Assembly (NCBI GenBank): GCA_918797485.1
Contig: CAKKNE010000002.1
Location: forward strand, 4,154,001-4,218,000
Direction: 5' to 3'
DNA: 64,000 bases
DNA from: Pelagomonas calceolata
Taxonomy: Eukaryota
Part shown: positions 20,301 to 28,554 of the stretch, one piece after another
Numbering within the stretch: the stretch's first letter is position 1
How the letters are laid out: every line of letters starts with the position of its first letter
Notes under the pieces: model-generated
Seen by the model: the letters and a program-made list of their open reading frames with translations, nothing else
What the model was told of the DNA's origin: nothing
Databases searched by the model: none
Made by a program: the position numbers and the translations under genes

Positions 20301-22045
20301 GAAGGCCGGTCCTGAAGCGGTCGACGTTCTTCGATGCGTGTGCCTTTCCTCTCGACAGATTGGTGGGCGACGGTCGGTTAAGGTCTCCACTACACTTGGC
20401 GGCGGAGGCGGGGTTAAATGAGTTGGTCGCTTCGCTGTTGGCGGGCGACGAGGTCCACCAGGACGGGGACCTGGAGCCGACGGGCGCGCCCACCTTCGAG
20501 ATCAACGGCAAGGATTGTGATGGGTGGACGCCGCTCATGCACGCCTGCTTTCGAGGCGGTTGTGCTCGTAGATCAGTAGCTCGATCGTTGATCGATGCGG
20601 GGGCGGCCGTCGCGCAAAAGAATGTGCGGGGACGCACGGCGTTACACTTAGCTGCTGCTCATGCTAGGGAAGATAACATACAAAGGGAGGACGCGGACAT
20701 TGTAGAATTACTATTGGACGAGGCCCCTCAAATAATAGATGTGCGGGACGACGAGGGCGCCACGGCGTTGTACGCGGCGTGTGCGCGCGGTAGAGTGAGA
20801 TCGGCTGTGGCCTTGTTGAGCAGAGGCGCGGACCCGTGGGGCCGCCACGTCAATACAAGATGCACGGCGTTGCATGCCGCGTGTTCGACGAGATCGATCG
20901 GCGGCGCCGACGCGGCGCGCCTACTATCCCAGTGGTGCTCCGGCGGCGATGCGCATCTGAATTCCTATTTATTAGCTTCGACGCGCGTCGCGCACGACGA
21001 CGAGATTTACGGCGAGAACGACAAGGACCCGCAACAGACCTCTCGTAATAGAGGTACCGCTTCCAATCTAGATCGCGAGTACGAAGTTGTGGGCTTCGCG
21101 CCGTTTCCTTTGGATGCGTCCTCACATAAGTTTAGATTGGACGCCAACGAGCGCGCGTCATCAAAAGATCGGAAACGATTGCTCGCTTGTCCGCTGAACG
21201 CGGCGCGCGACCGGCGCGGGGAAGGTGCGCGAGACGCGGCGCGGTCTCGCGAACAAAGAGAAGCTCTCGACCACGTCTGGGACGCCGCGTTGTGTGGCTC
21301 GTTGCCTCGGTTGCGCGATGCGTTACAACGGGAAGGGGCAGCTAGAGCGGCGTCGTCGTCGGGAGCTCTCGTAAGACCGCCGTGGGCCTTCGTGTCAGCG
21401 CGGGACCGGACGCCGCGGCTGGGACGGACGGCGTTGCATCTTGTAAGTTTGGGTGCAGCTCGAGCCGTCGCCGCGGCCCAGCGCCGTTTAAGGAGAGACT
21501 GCGCCGCCGGCGGCAAAAGTTCAGGAAGGAACCTGCAGTCCAAGCAGTTCGAGGCCGCCGACGACCAGGACCACGCGCGCTGCGCTAGATGTTTGTTACA
21601 AAGAGCGGGCGCGGCCGTCGACGCCGAGGACGCCTCAGCAAGAACGCCCCTGATGTATGCGGCGGCGGCCGGCGCGGGGCGCGTCGTGGCGGTTCTATTG
21701 GAGCACGGCGCGGACGTTAGGGTGTGCGACGAGGCTGGATTGACCGCGCTGCACCTCGCGACGGCCTGGGGACGTACCAAGGTGGCCAATCAGTTGAGAG
21801 CGGCGGGCGCGTCCGGCGGCGCCAAGGACCACCGGGGGCGGACGGCGCACGACGTCGCGGGCCTCGCGGCGAGAGTCGAGATGTACCCCGACGACGTGCC
21901 CGCGGCCGAAGATAGGCGGATGTGCGAGGGCAAGGAGCCCGAGCCGTCCGAGGAGAAGAAGGACGACTCCCCGTCGCCGCGGCGCCGGCACAAGTCCTCG
22001 CGGCGGAGCGACTCCGACTCGGACTACTCCGACGACTTTTCCTAG
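17303..22045 (+). CDS. Large ankyrin-repeat protein with N-terminal Tudor-like and internal EF-hand-like domains
   Basis: GDRVEAQFQGGQQWYAGTI...YDVDYDDGDKE (Tudor-like); many GRTPLH/GRTALH ankyrin motifs; DPRADGCITLDQF (EF-hand-like). Confidence 0.85.
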   Translation: MSYQPGDRVEAQFQGGQQWYAGTISGKTATGYDVDYDDGDKEQNVAVTLIRSQVSDAVKALQGKPEGTPKKPITLKRQDSAEATSALLASAQKIKEDSLEQSAETLANLRAAASESEAEAGLKAMNGLRRASSEVEDEGIQRATKAMREVAREDNTHQILRKAALDVSADDAVNTLKKVVAFQSDSEDDDVREAPAPAPERFDGDSDDSRLEDQARSIREKRSKKTRFALERGTILLGNTEEIRQVHDARQRYLRPRISRRDLTDEDIAPPSQDARAVLEACFDGDLPALKKAAKKCGFSEGLGLRCALVADQKGRTACHYAALQGRHDVLQSFGEAWRAQASEEYDRKVSDLRGRLVEASRDCRRRNVEHELRGAYEFAAREADRELRQRELRCEAAWRTCCTARDDLGRTPLHYAVACVDAAHTALTVKALMTGSADLALPSNALVKNGSLGEPPLLRAVASELFADDFAAQRIADKLFKNNGGGDRPPKRGWRYVGDTCRKHAKRDNKENLDAASKARAARRTPVFLRVQEAGRSRAAYLFPRHARIDVGTGALCGAPRKAMPLIQASAPKEPDDVLRREALLLWLWRALRQGARRAARRYAEVGKIHKDGPGKTRTNAGELLRAFERADPRADGCITLDQFDSCLRALDVRLAYGTLEELAAKYEFKPPRDRPELSRDRRLKVDYERLIDDVLASQKDEEASLSEESEGSAPSRQHSSSDESDCGSIKRERLRREKDQDRRRNERRDRVGAPAPAPTLKGSSSRTVAAATLKAVGSELAITDGSNARAGTASARAWLTKGAAWPAQSSYLAGFAELLKARSAVLDAHDCAGFTPLHCAAYADAPTEVCESLLRRGATRSLRADDGALAEDLAKNGATRRSLRRMCIREFDLSFQRTYLEESDDDTEQKRPKRGKGFSADRMPGEYHNYRNGDDRGVTKNKGRAAAAVATLAAHALDAVDPDQNRRGGRPGAPGRHDAFDAWRTTPAANAAVDFNTRRPVLKRSTFFDACAFPLDRLVGDGRLRSPLHLAAEAGLNELVASLLAGDEVHQDGDLEPTGAPTFEINGKDCDGWTPLMHACFRGGCARRSVARSLIDAGAAVAQKNVRGRTALHLAAAHAREDNIQREDADIVELLLDEAPQIIDVRDDEGATALYAACARGRVRSAVALLSRGADPWGRHVNTRCTALHAACSTRSIGGADAARLLSQWCSGGDAHLNSYLLASTRVAHDDEIYGENDKDPQQTSRNRGTASNLDREYEVVGFAPFPLDASSHKFRLDANERASSKDRKRLLACPLNAARDRRGEGARDAARSREQREALDHVWDAALCGSLPRLRDALQREGAARAASSSGALVRPPWAFVSARDRTPRLGRTALHLVSLGAARAVAAAQRRLRRDCAAGGKSSGRNLQSKQFEAADDQDHARCARCLLQRAGAAVDAEDASARTPLMYAAAAGAGRVVAVLLEHGADVRVCDEAGLTALHLATAWGRTKVANQLRAAGASGGAKDHRGRTAHDVAGLAARVEMYPDDVPAAEDRRMCEGKEPEPSEEKKDDSPSPRRRHKSSRRSDSDSDYSDDFS

Positions 22046-22087
22046 GTATCATAAAGTTAAGCGAGGCTCGATCGGGGGGCAGCACAA

Positions 22088-24181
22088 TCAGGACGTGGCC
22101 TCGGCGATGAGGTCTTCGACCTCGGCGGCCGCGCCGTAGTCGCGAGCCGTCACCGTGCCGCCGGCCGAGAACGTGGTGAACTCGATGGCGACGCCGCAGC
22201 CGCCGACGCGCTCGCAAACCTTCGCCTCGTTGATCGTTATCGTCGGATGGTGGTCGAGCGCGTCGCAGAGCCTGGCGACAGACTGGATGAGCTCCGAAGC
22301 TTTGCTAAACGACGCGAGGGTCACGTCGCGGCGAAGCGCGTTTCCGGTGAACCGCCACGTGTCTGGAAGGTGGCCGAGGGCGGTCACGCGGCGCTCGGCC
22401 GCCCCTACGACGCGGCGAACGAGCGTCGCGGCGCACACCGGGCCGCAGCCGTGCGGCGTCGGCGTCACGATTTTTGCGGAGACGTTGGGGTCGACATCTG
22501 CTAACAGAGAGCCCGTGGCAGCGTCGTAGGTCGTGCCCACGTTCACAACGACCGTGTCAGCGCCGACGTCGCCCGGCTGAACGAGGCCTGGGCAGCCCGC
22601 GGCGGCGAAGACGTAGTCGGCCTCGGCCAGCGTTCTGTGTCTCAAGTCTTCCGGCGTAGACGAGTGACAAACGGTGACCGTCGCGTCGAGGTCGGCGAGC
22701 GTTCGCGCGAGGGGCGCCCCGAGGTGCGGCGACCGGCCCAGCACCGTGACCGCCTTGCCCGCGAAATTTAGGTTCGCGACGTCGTCCAAGTAAGAGGCGT
22801 CGTCGTAGGAGGCGCCCGTCGTGAGCTCGGCGGCAGCGAGCGTCCGCAACGTCGCCTCGACCATCAATGGGTCCCGCACCGAGTCGACATCCGAGTCGAC
22901 GGCGGGCGCAGCGTCGGGGCCGCGCTCGACGAGCACCGCGTCGGCGCGCGCCTCGGCCGCCCGCGCCGCCGCGGCGATCGTCGCCGCCGACGCGTCTTCG
23001 GCCAGCGCCACAATTTCGACGTCGATGCCGTCTCCTGTCAGCAGCGCCTCCTTGGCGAACCAGGATTCGACGGCGCCCGTGGTTTCGTTCGTCGCGATAG
23101 CGGCCCGGTCTTCGCCCCCTGCCGCAGCCTCGGGGTCGCCCGCGCGGACGATGGCCACGCTCGGCGCGCGGCCCGTCATCTTTTGGACGCGCCGCGCCCG
23201 GAGACGAGCGTCGGCCCGCAACGCGCGCGCCACGATGTGGCCCACGGGGACTGTCTCTGGCTCGTCGGCGCCGACGGCGATCACGTCGACCGGAGCCTTA
23301 CCGAGCACACGCTCGAGCTCGGCATCGACGCTCGCCCAGCGATTGCCGTCAATCCGTCCACCGACGGCCGCCTGGCGCAGCGCCGCCGGCGCGCACCGCG
23401 CGGCGACGGCGCCGTGGAAGAGCGCGTCGCGGCCGGCGGCCCCGAAGAGCGCCGTGTCATTGTCGTCGGCAGGCAGGGCGGCGATCTCCTCGCCGGCGCG
23501 AATCGGGTCCGCCGAAGCCGCACGCCAGCCCTCGAACAACCCGTCGAGGAACGCCCCGAGCACCGCCGGGTCGGCGCCCTTGGTAGCAAAGAGCGCCTGC
23601 GAGTAGCCGAGGTCGAGGGATCCGATGCCGCCTGGCGCCGTCGCGCAGACCGGTAGGACGTCCATGGCCGACGTGCTGTCGAACCAGGAGAGCGGCTCCG
23701 TCGTGTGGTAGCACTGGATGCCGTCGACCTCGCCGCCGACGAGCAACGCTTTGCGGTGGGCCTCGTCGACGCGGGACACCTCTTGGACGGCTACGCCGCG
23801 TACCCCTCCCGCGTAGCCGTCGAGCGCCGCCTCCATGAGCTTCAAAGAGTCGACATGCGCCGCGACGCGGCGCAGCGGCTGGCCGCGGCGCCGCGCGACC
23901 GCGAGCGGCGAGCGGTCGAACATGGCGCCAAAGGCCACGAGGGGCGCGTCGGCGGCGAGCGAGTTCTGCTCGCAGACGCCGACGACGACGGTCGCGTCCT
24001 TCATCTGGCTCATCTGGCGCTGATGCGCGACGACGGCGGCGCCCTCGTTGCCTGGGGTGCACGGCGCGACCAGCGACACGTCGAGGCCGCGCGACGCGAA
24101 CATGCCCCGCGCGAGGCCCGTCGCGAGGCCCGCGAACTGGCCGCCTAGGTAATAGTCGAGTTGGAGGATGACCTTTCTCAT
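22088..24181 (-). CDS. Fusion of NMT1/THI5-like substrate-binding domain, FolD-like domain and pterin-4a-carbinolamine dehydratase domain
   Basis: KVILQLDYY..GQFAG....ARGMF..RGLDV (THI5/SsuA); GKAVTVLGRS..LGAP, ATVTVCHS, TPTPHGCGP (FolD); DHHPTI...TTFSAGG.VTARD (PCD). Confidence 0.8.
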   Translation of the reverse strand: MRKVILQLDYYLGGQFAGLATGLARGMFASRGLDVSLVAPCTPGNEGAAVVAHQRQMSQMKDATVVVGVCEQNSLAADAPLVAFGAMFDRSPLAVARRRGQPLRRVAAHVDSLKLMEAALDGYAGGVRGVAVQEVSRVDEAHRKALLVGGEVDGIQCYHTTEPLSWFDSTSAMDVLPVCATAPGGIGSLDLGYSQALFATKGADPAVLGAFLDGLFEGWRAASADPIRAGEEIAALPADDNDTALFGAAGRDALFHGAVAARCAPAALRQAAVGGRIDGNRWASVDAELERVLGKAPVDVIAVGADEPETVPVGHIVARALRADARLRARRVQKMTGRAPSVAIVRAGDPEAAAGGEDRAAIATNETTGAVESWFAKEALLTGDGIDVEIVALAEDASAATIAAAARAAEARADAVLVERGPDAAPAVDSDVDSVRDPLMVEATLRTLAAAELTTGASYDDASYLDDVANLNFAGKAVTVLGRSPHLGAPLARTLADLDATVTVCHSSTPEDLRHRTLAEADYVFAAAGCPGLVQPGDVGADTVVVNVGTTYDAATGSLLADVDPNVSAKIVTPTPHGCGPVCAATLVRRVVGAAERRVTALGHLPDTWRFTGNALRRDVTLASFSKASELIQSVARLCDALDHHPTITINEAKVCERVGGCGVAIEFTTFSAGGTVTARDYGAAAEVEDLIAEATS

Positions 24182-24370
24182 CGCTTCGGACGCGCGAGCG
24201 TATCGAGAGGCCACTGAGTTGCTTCAACTTTGAGAGGAGCTTCTCGCGCTAAAATCGGTGACCTCTAAAAGAAACTCCTCGAAGGAAAGGTCGCCCTGCC
24301 ACGCTCTTACAATCGATAACCAACTATGCGGCTCAAACACGTCGTGAAACTTCTTTGTGTTGTGGCTCAG

Positions 24371-24393
24371 GCTAGTGTGTTACAGGACGCTGC
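24371..24393 (-). promoter_or_regulatory. CTAG-dyad intergenic element
   Basis: GCTAGTGTGTTACAGGACGCTGC in a divergent intergenic region. Confidence 0.6.
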
Positions 24394-24450
24394 TCGCAGC
24401 TATGCCCATAGATGGGTGGCAGAGCCTTGTGATTTTACCGCTCCGCCACC

Positions 24451-25281
24451 ATGTCCATGATGCAAATGCTCATGGCCAGCCACATCTCCGAAGGCCTTGG
24501 TCCTGTGCCTCCGATCCCAGTCGAGGACAAACCCTGGCTCACCGAGGAGGTGGACAAGGGCACGGTGGTGCGCCGCGCGGTGAAAGAGAGGCTGACGCCG
24601 ATGGGTTCCCAGCCGGGATGCATTCATCAAACGGCACGTCTGTGCTTTGACAGCGAGCGGCCGATCACGGCGGTCCGCGCCTGGCTCATCGACAATGTTG
24701 GGGAAAGCGGCGAGCCCGTGATTACCAGCCTGGCCTTCCGATACCGCGGCAGCAGCCGGTTCATACCCGACGCGCCGGATGCGGCCGACGATGCGGCGCG
24801 GCGCGGCCGCGATCCGCAGAACTTTCGGGAGCAGACGGAGACGCTCGCGACCGGGGATTCCATCGTCGCTGTGAAGTGTAGCTCGACGGCGATGGAGTTT
24901 ACGTCAGAAATTACCTTCCAAACGAGCCAAGGCCGTGCAATCGTTTTCGGCTCGCACGGCACCATCATACCGTGGGGCCCGCCCGACGTGATGAGCGCTG
25001 ACGGGGCGCCTCTCGTCGGATTCGTGGCGCTTCGGACGGTCTTAGCGCCGTGGGTCGATTGGCGGAGCCCGAACGTGGAGGCCATTGACGTGTATGGCGG
25101 GGCGACGCTGACGCCTATCGCGTGCTACTTCTCGACCGCCTGGAAGCGACGCCGGTCCCTCGTCCTTCTCAAAGCACTGGTCAAGAAGGACAAGGCCAAG
25201 GCGCCGGGCGCGCTCTGGCCGCGCGTCCTCGACGCGGACTTCGAGGAGGGCCTCTGGCGCCACGTCGTGCGCTGCTTGTGA
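24451..25281 (+). CDS. Hypothetical protein with jacalin-like beta-prism features
   Basis: ITAVRAW...ITSLAFRY...ITFQTSQGR..FG...LVGF pattern. Confidence 0.55.
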   Translation: MSMMQMLMASHISEGLGPVPPIPVEDKPWLTEEVDKGTVVRRAVKERLTPMGSQPGCIHQTARLCFDSERPITAVRAWLIDNVGESGEPVITSLAFRYRGSSRFIPDAPDAADDAARRGRDPQNFREQTETLATGDSIVAVKCSSTAMEFTSEITFQTSQGRAIVFGSHGTIIPWGPPDVMSADGAPLVGFVALRTVLAPWVDWRSPNVEAIDVYGGATLTPIACYFSTAWKRRRSLVLLKALVKKDKAKAPGALWPRVLDADFEEGLWRHVVRCL

Positions 25282-25327
25282 GTTTGTTAGAGAGTCGATG
25301 TAAAAATGTAAAAACCACAAACAATAC

Positions 25328-26872
25328 TCAAACCGAAGAAGCAAGGGGCACGCGCTCCCGGACGCGCGCGCCGCCGCGCCGGCCCGCGGCGCTCATCTTC
25401 GGGTCGCGGAACGGCGCCGGCAGCGCTCCCAACAAATCGCAGGCCGCGGCGCCCGTCGCGGCGGTCCGCCACGTGATCGACCAGCCCGGCTCGCGCCGGT
25501 TCCGGGGCGTCCCGCGCACGACCTCGACCAACCCGGCCGCGAAGTGCCGCGCGCAGTTCTCTCTTGATAACAATTCGGCGAGCGTCGCGTTCGCGGTATG
25601 GTGCGTCCGCTGGTTCAACGCGGAATCCAGAAGGGGCAGGCGCTGCCTCAGTGACGTGAGGACGGTCGCCACGTAGCTGCCCATGCACTCGCCACATAAT
25701 AGATTGTCTGCCACGCCGCGCGAGTTCTCTAACAATTCATTGCGCCACTCTACATGGTCGGTGATGGCGTCGAGCGTCGCCTTGGCCGTCGACACGTTGA
25801 CCGTGACGTGCGTCCTCCCGTCCCTTAACCCGGCCGAGTACCACTGCAGCGCGCCGCCCGGTTCGAGGAGAGGACCGGCCCAGAAGACGACGACGGCCCC
25901 CAGCAGCCAGAGGTGGTTTAAGTTCCTAGAGTAGCTTCCCGTCGTACTTCCGGGCAAATCCAATAAATACTGGAACGTGTTGAACTTGCCGTGATTCATG
26001 AACCGGCCCTGGACCGCCCTGCAACCCGAATCTCGTATTTTAGCTAAGTCGTCGTTCTGCGGTAAGACCTTCCGACACAAGTCTTGAGATAAAGACCGGA
26101 TCGGCCGCGGCCGACACGTATTCGTGCGCACGTCAAATTTCTTCGCGTCGTGCGCGGTTAATGAAGCCGCCTGCAACCGCGCGTAGTTGCCGGCTTCTCT
26201 ACTACAATCTCTCTCTTTGTTAATCACGGCCTCCCGACCTCGAATCTTACCCCGCCAAAACAACTGCGGCCTCCTGTTCTCCCACTTCCGTCGTCGACCA
26301 AGCGCCACCAAGGCACTCCGCTCCCGCTCCCAGTTCCTATATAAATCCCCGAAGTACGGATTCGGCACCAGAACGCCGCACTGCTTTTCGCCGTTCTTCT
26401 TGGCTATCACGAGCTTCGGCAGGTGCGGGTCGCATTCGTGACTGGGGCCACTCGCGCCCTCATCGAACGTATATACGACGTTCTTTATCAGGTCGCTCTT
26501 CTTTCTTAGAACGGAATTCATGAATCGCAGATGCAGCTCGCGCTTCATCTCGCCCAAATAAGCCTTGTGGACAAATAATCTACCTTGCAAGATCCAAATC
26601 GCGTGCGTCTTGTCCAGGAGGGCGCTTCGTAACGCGAGCTTCGTGCTCTTATGGGACTCGTCTATAGAATAGCGTGCCACATCCCGCATCGCGTGGTCGA
26701 GGACACGTCGTTTCGCTGCTTCCCAATCATAACTTTCGTTGCGCCACGACCCGTACGGACTGGCGCGGTCGTAGTCGACGGGTGCGCTCTTTGGTTTTTG
26801 CCACTTCCCTGTTCTAATAAATGCACCATGGCAGGCCGCGGCGCAGAGCAGGAGTGCTGCCCTTACACGCAT
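25328..26872 (-). CDS. Glycosyltransferase family 90 (CAP10-like)
   Basis: Signal peptide; W..R.PQLFWRG, YLLDLPG..GSYSRNL and WY..L motifs. Confidence 0.8.
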   Translation of the reverse strand: MRVRAALLLCAAACHGAFIRTGKWQKPKSAPVDYDRASPYGSWRNESYDWEAAKRRVLDHAMRDVARYSIDESHKSTKLALRSALLDKTHAIWILQGRLFVHKAYLGEMKRELHLRFMNSVLRKKSDLIKNVVYTFDEGASGPSHECDPHLPKLVIAKKNGEKQCGVLVPNPYFGDLYRNWERERSALVALGRRRKWENRRPQLFWRGKIRGREAVINKERDCSREAGNYARLQAASLTAHDAKKFDVRTNTCRPRPIRSLSQDLCRKVLPQNDDLAKIRDSGCRAVQGRFMNHGKFNTFQYLLDLPGSTTGSYSRNLNHLWLLGAVVVFWAGPLLEPGGALQWYSAGLRDGRTHVTVNVSTAKATLDAITDHVEWRNELLENSRGVADNLLCGECMGSYVATVLTSLRQRLPLLDSALNQRTHHTANATLAELLSRENCARHFAAGLVEVVRGTPRNRREPGWSITWRTAATGAAACDLLGALPAPFRDPKMSAAGRRGGARVRERVPLASSV

Positions 26873-26970
26873 CGCTGCCGCGCGCGTCGGCAGTGCTGCC
26901 CCGCGGCGATGGCGTACCGCTATCGCGCCGCGGAGGCAATTGCGCAATATATTTTGTCGAGGCACGGCTT

Positions 26971-26994
26971 GCTAGTGTCTTAACAGACGCTAGC
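26971..26994 (-). promoter_or_regulatory. CTAG-dyad intergenic element (faces the GT90 gene)
   Basis: GCTAGTGTCTTAACAGACGCTAGC. Confidence 0.75.
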
Positions 26995-27002
26995 TGCGCG
27001 GG

Positions 27003-27026
27003 GCTAGCGGCCTGTAAGACACTAGC
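27003..27026 (+). promoter_or_regulatory. CTAG-dyad intergenic element (faces the Gig2-like gene)
   Basis: GCTAGCGGCCTGTAAGACACTAGC, identical to 8658-8681. Confidence 0.75.
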
Positions 27027-27062
27027 AAGCGCGAGCCAGGAGGGTCACCGGAGAGAGTCACA

Positions 27063-28249
27063 ATGTCTGCCCTAGCCGCGCTGCAGCAGCAAACTACCAA
27101 GCTTTACCACGGCACCAGCTGGGAGAACGCGCAGAAAATCTTGCGCGACGGGTTTGAGCCGTCGGAGCGCGGATCACTGGGCAGAGGCGTCTATCTCGCC
27201 GAACCGAGAAAGCTGAGCGCTACGCACGCAACGAGAACTGGCACGGCTCGTCGCGCGGCGCGGTGCTCGAGGTCACGGTACGCCTGCCCCCCAACAAGGT
27301 GAAGCACGTGGACCGCGACGACAAGAGCTGGGCCCGCGAGGGCTACGAGGCGTGTCGCGCCCAGCGCACGCGCGTGTCGCATCAACCCGAATACTGCGTC
27401 GCCGATCCGAAGAAGGTTCGGGTCGCGAGCGTCGAGGAGGTGCCGACGGTCGCGCCGCGGGCTCTTCCGAATTACGGCGCGGGCGCGCGCGCGAACGACC
27501 CTTCGTCGGACGGCGAAGCGGCGGCTGGTGCTGCCGCTCCGTCGGATCCGGAGGATGACGAGGTGCGGACGGGCGTGTTCCATCCCGGCGTGACGTGCGA
27601 CGCCACCGGCGGGCCGATCTACGGCACGCGATGGCACCTTGCAGGCGAGGACTACGACCTGTGCGACGCTGCATACCGCCAGCTCGTGCCGGAAGACCGC
27701 GAACTTTTTGTTCGGGTCGATGAACCGCACACGTTCGTAGACTGGGACTCAGAGGAAGACGAATCTTCCGACGCACAAGGACACGCTGGCGCCGACACTG
27801 ATGATGATGAAGACCACTGGGACGACGGCGATCGGGATGCGCCCGACCAGCTTAGGATTGGGTACGCTTCTCTGGTAGATGAAGAAGACGGCGATCGAGA
27901 AGAGCCGGAGTTCAGGATCGGATATGCTTGTCTGGTAGATGAAGGGGACGATGATGAATCGCGTGGCACGGTCGAGATATATCACGAAGACGGTACTGAA
28001 TCACAAGATGGCGGCAGCGATCGCGTGGAGGATCAATATGACGACGCCAGCTCCGAGGGCGACGGTGGCGCGGAGGATCACGACGACGCTGGCTCCGAGG
28101 GCGACGGTGGCGTGGAGGATCACGACGACGCTGGCTCCGAGGGCGGCGGCTGGGACGGTGGCAACGAAAGCGATTATGGGGGAGGTTACGAGAGCGACGA
28201 TTGCGGCGGCGGCGGTTACGGCGGCGGTTACGACAGCGGCGACTACTAG
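27063..28249 (+). pseudogene. Gig2-like ADP-ribosyltransferase domain, ZZ zinc finger and acidic tail; frameshift near 27205
   Basis: Frame 1: LYHGTS...GF..S..G.LGRGVYLA. Shifted frame: EKAERYA...HG...AVLEVTV...VK...W..EGY...PEYCVADP, then HPGVTCD...PIYGTRWH...DYDLC (ZZ). Confidence 0.7.
28025..28150 (+). repeat. ~42-bp coding tandem repeat, 3 copies (EDHDDAGSEGDGG)
   Basis: GxGGAGGATCACGACGACGCTGGCTCCGAGGGCGACGGTGGC units. Confidence 0.85.
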
Positions 28250-28432
28250 GCTACGACAAGCGACTAAGAAACCTGTGAATTACAAAGTATTCGGAGCGAA
28301 ACCTCACACCATTCGTGTCTGGGTTCGAGCGAGACTCGGGGGGCAGGGTGAAACAACACCCTATCGCCAATCCCAATAGACACAGTGGCGAAGCGTTCGG
28401 GGTCCGTACTACCTGGGGGTGGGTTCAATAAG

Positions 28433-28435
<3 letters not shown>

Positions 28436-28467
<32 letters not shown>
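28436..28467 (+). repeat. (CT)16 microsatellite
   Basis: Read directly from the sequence. Confidence 0.95.
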
Positions 28468-28470
<3 letters not shown>

Positions 28471-28554
28471 GGGAGCCGTAACAATAACTATCCTGCGGGA
28501 GCCCTTGCAAGTCTAGGCGGCTTTGGAATGACAACACAACATTACAACGACGAC

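Noticed and set aside
22046..24450. TPP riboswitch flanking the THI5-like fusion gene
   Set aside because: No CUGAGA / ACCUGAU core found in the sense orientation of either flank.
28340..28435. Possible ncRNA (AGGGTG-loop-CACCCT hairpin)
   Set aside because: A single short stem; no recognisable tRNA, snRNA or snoRNA motifs.
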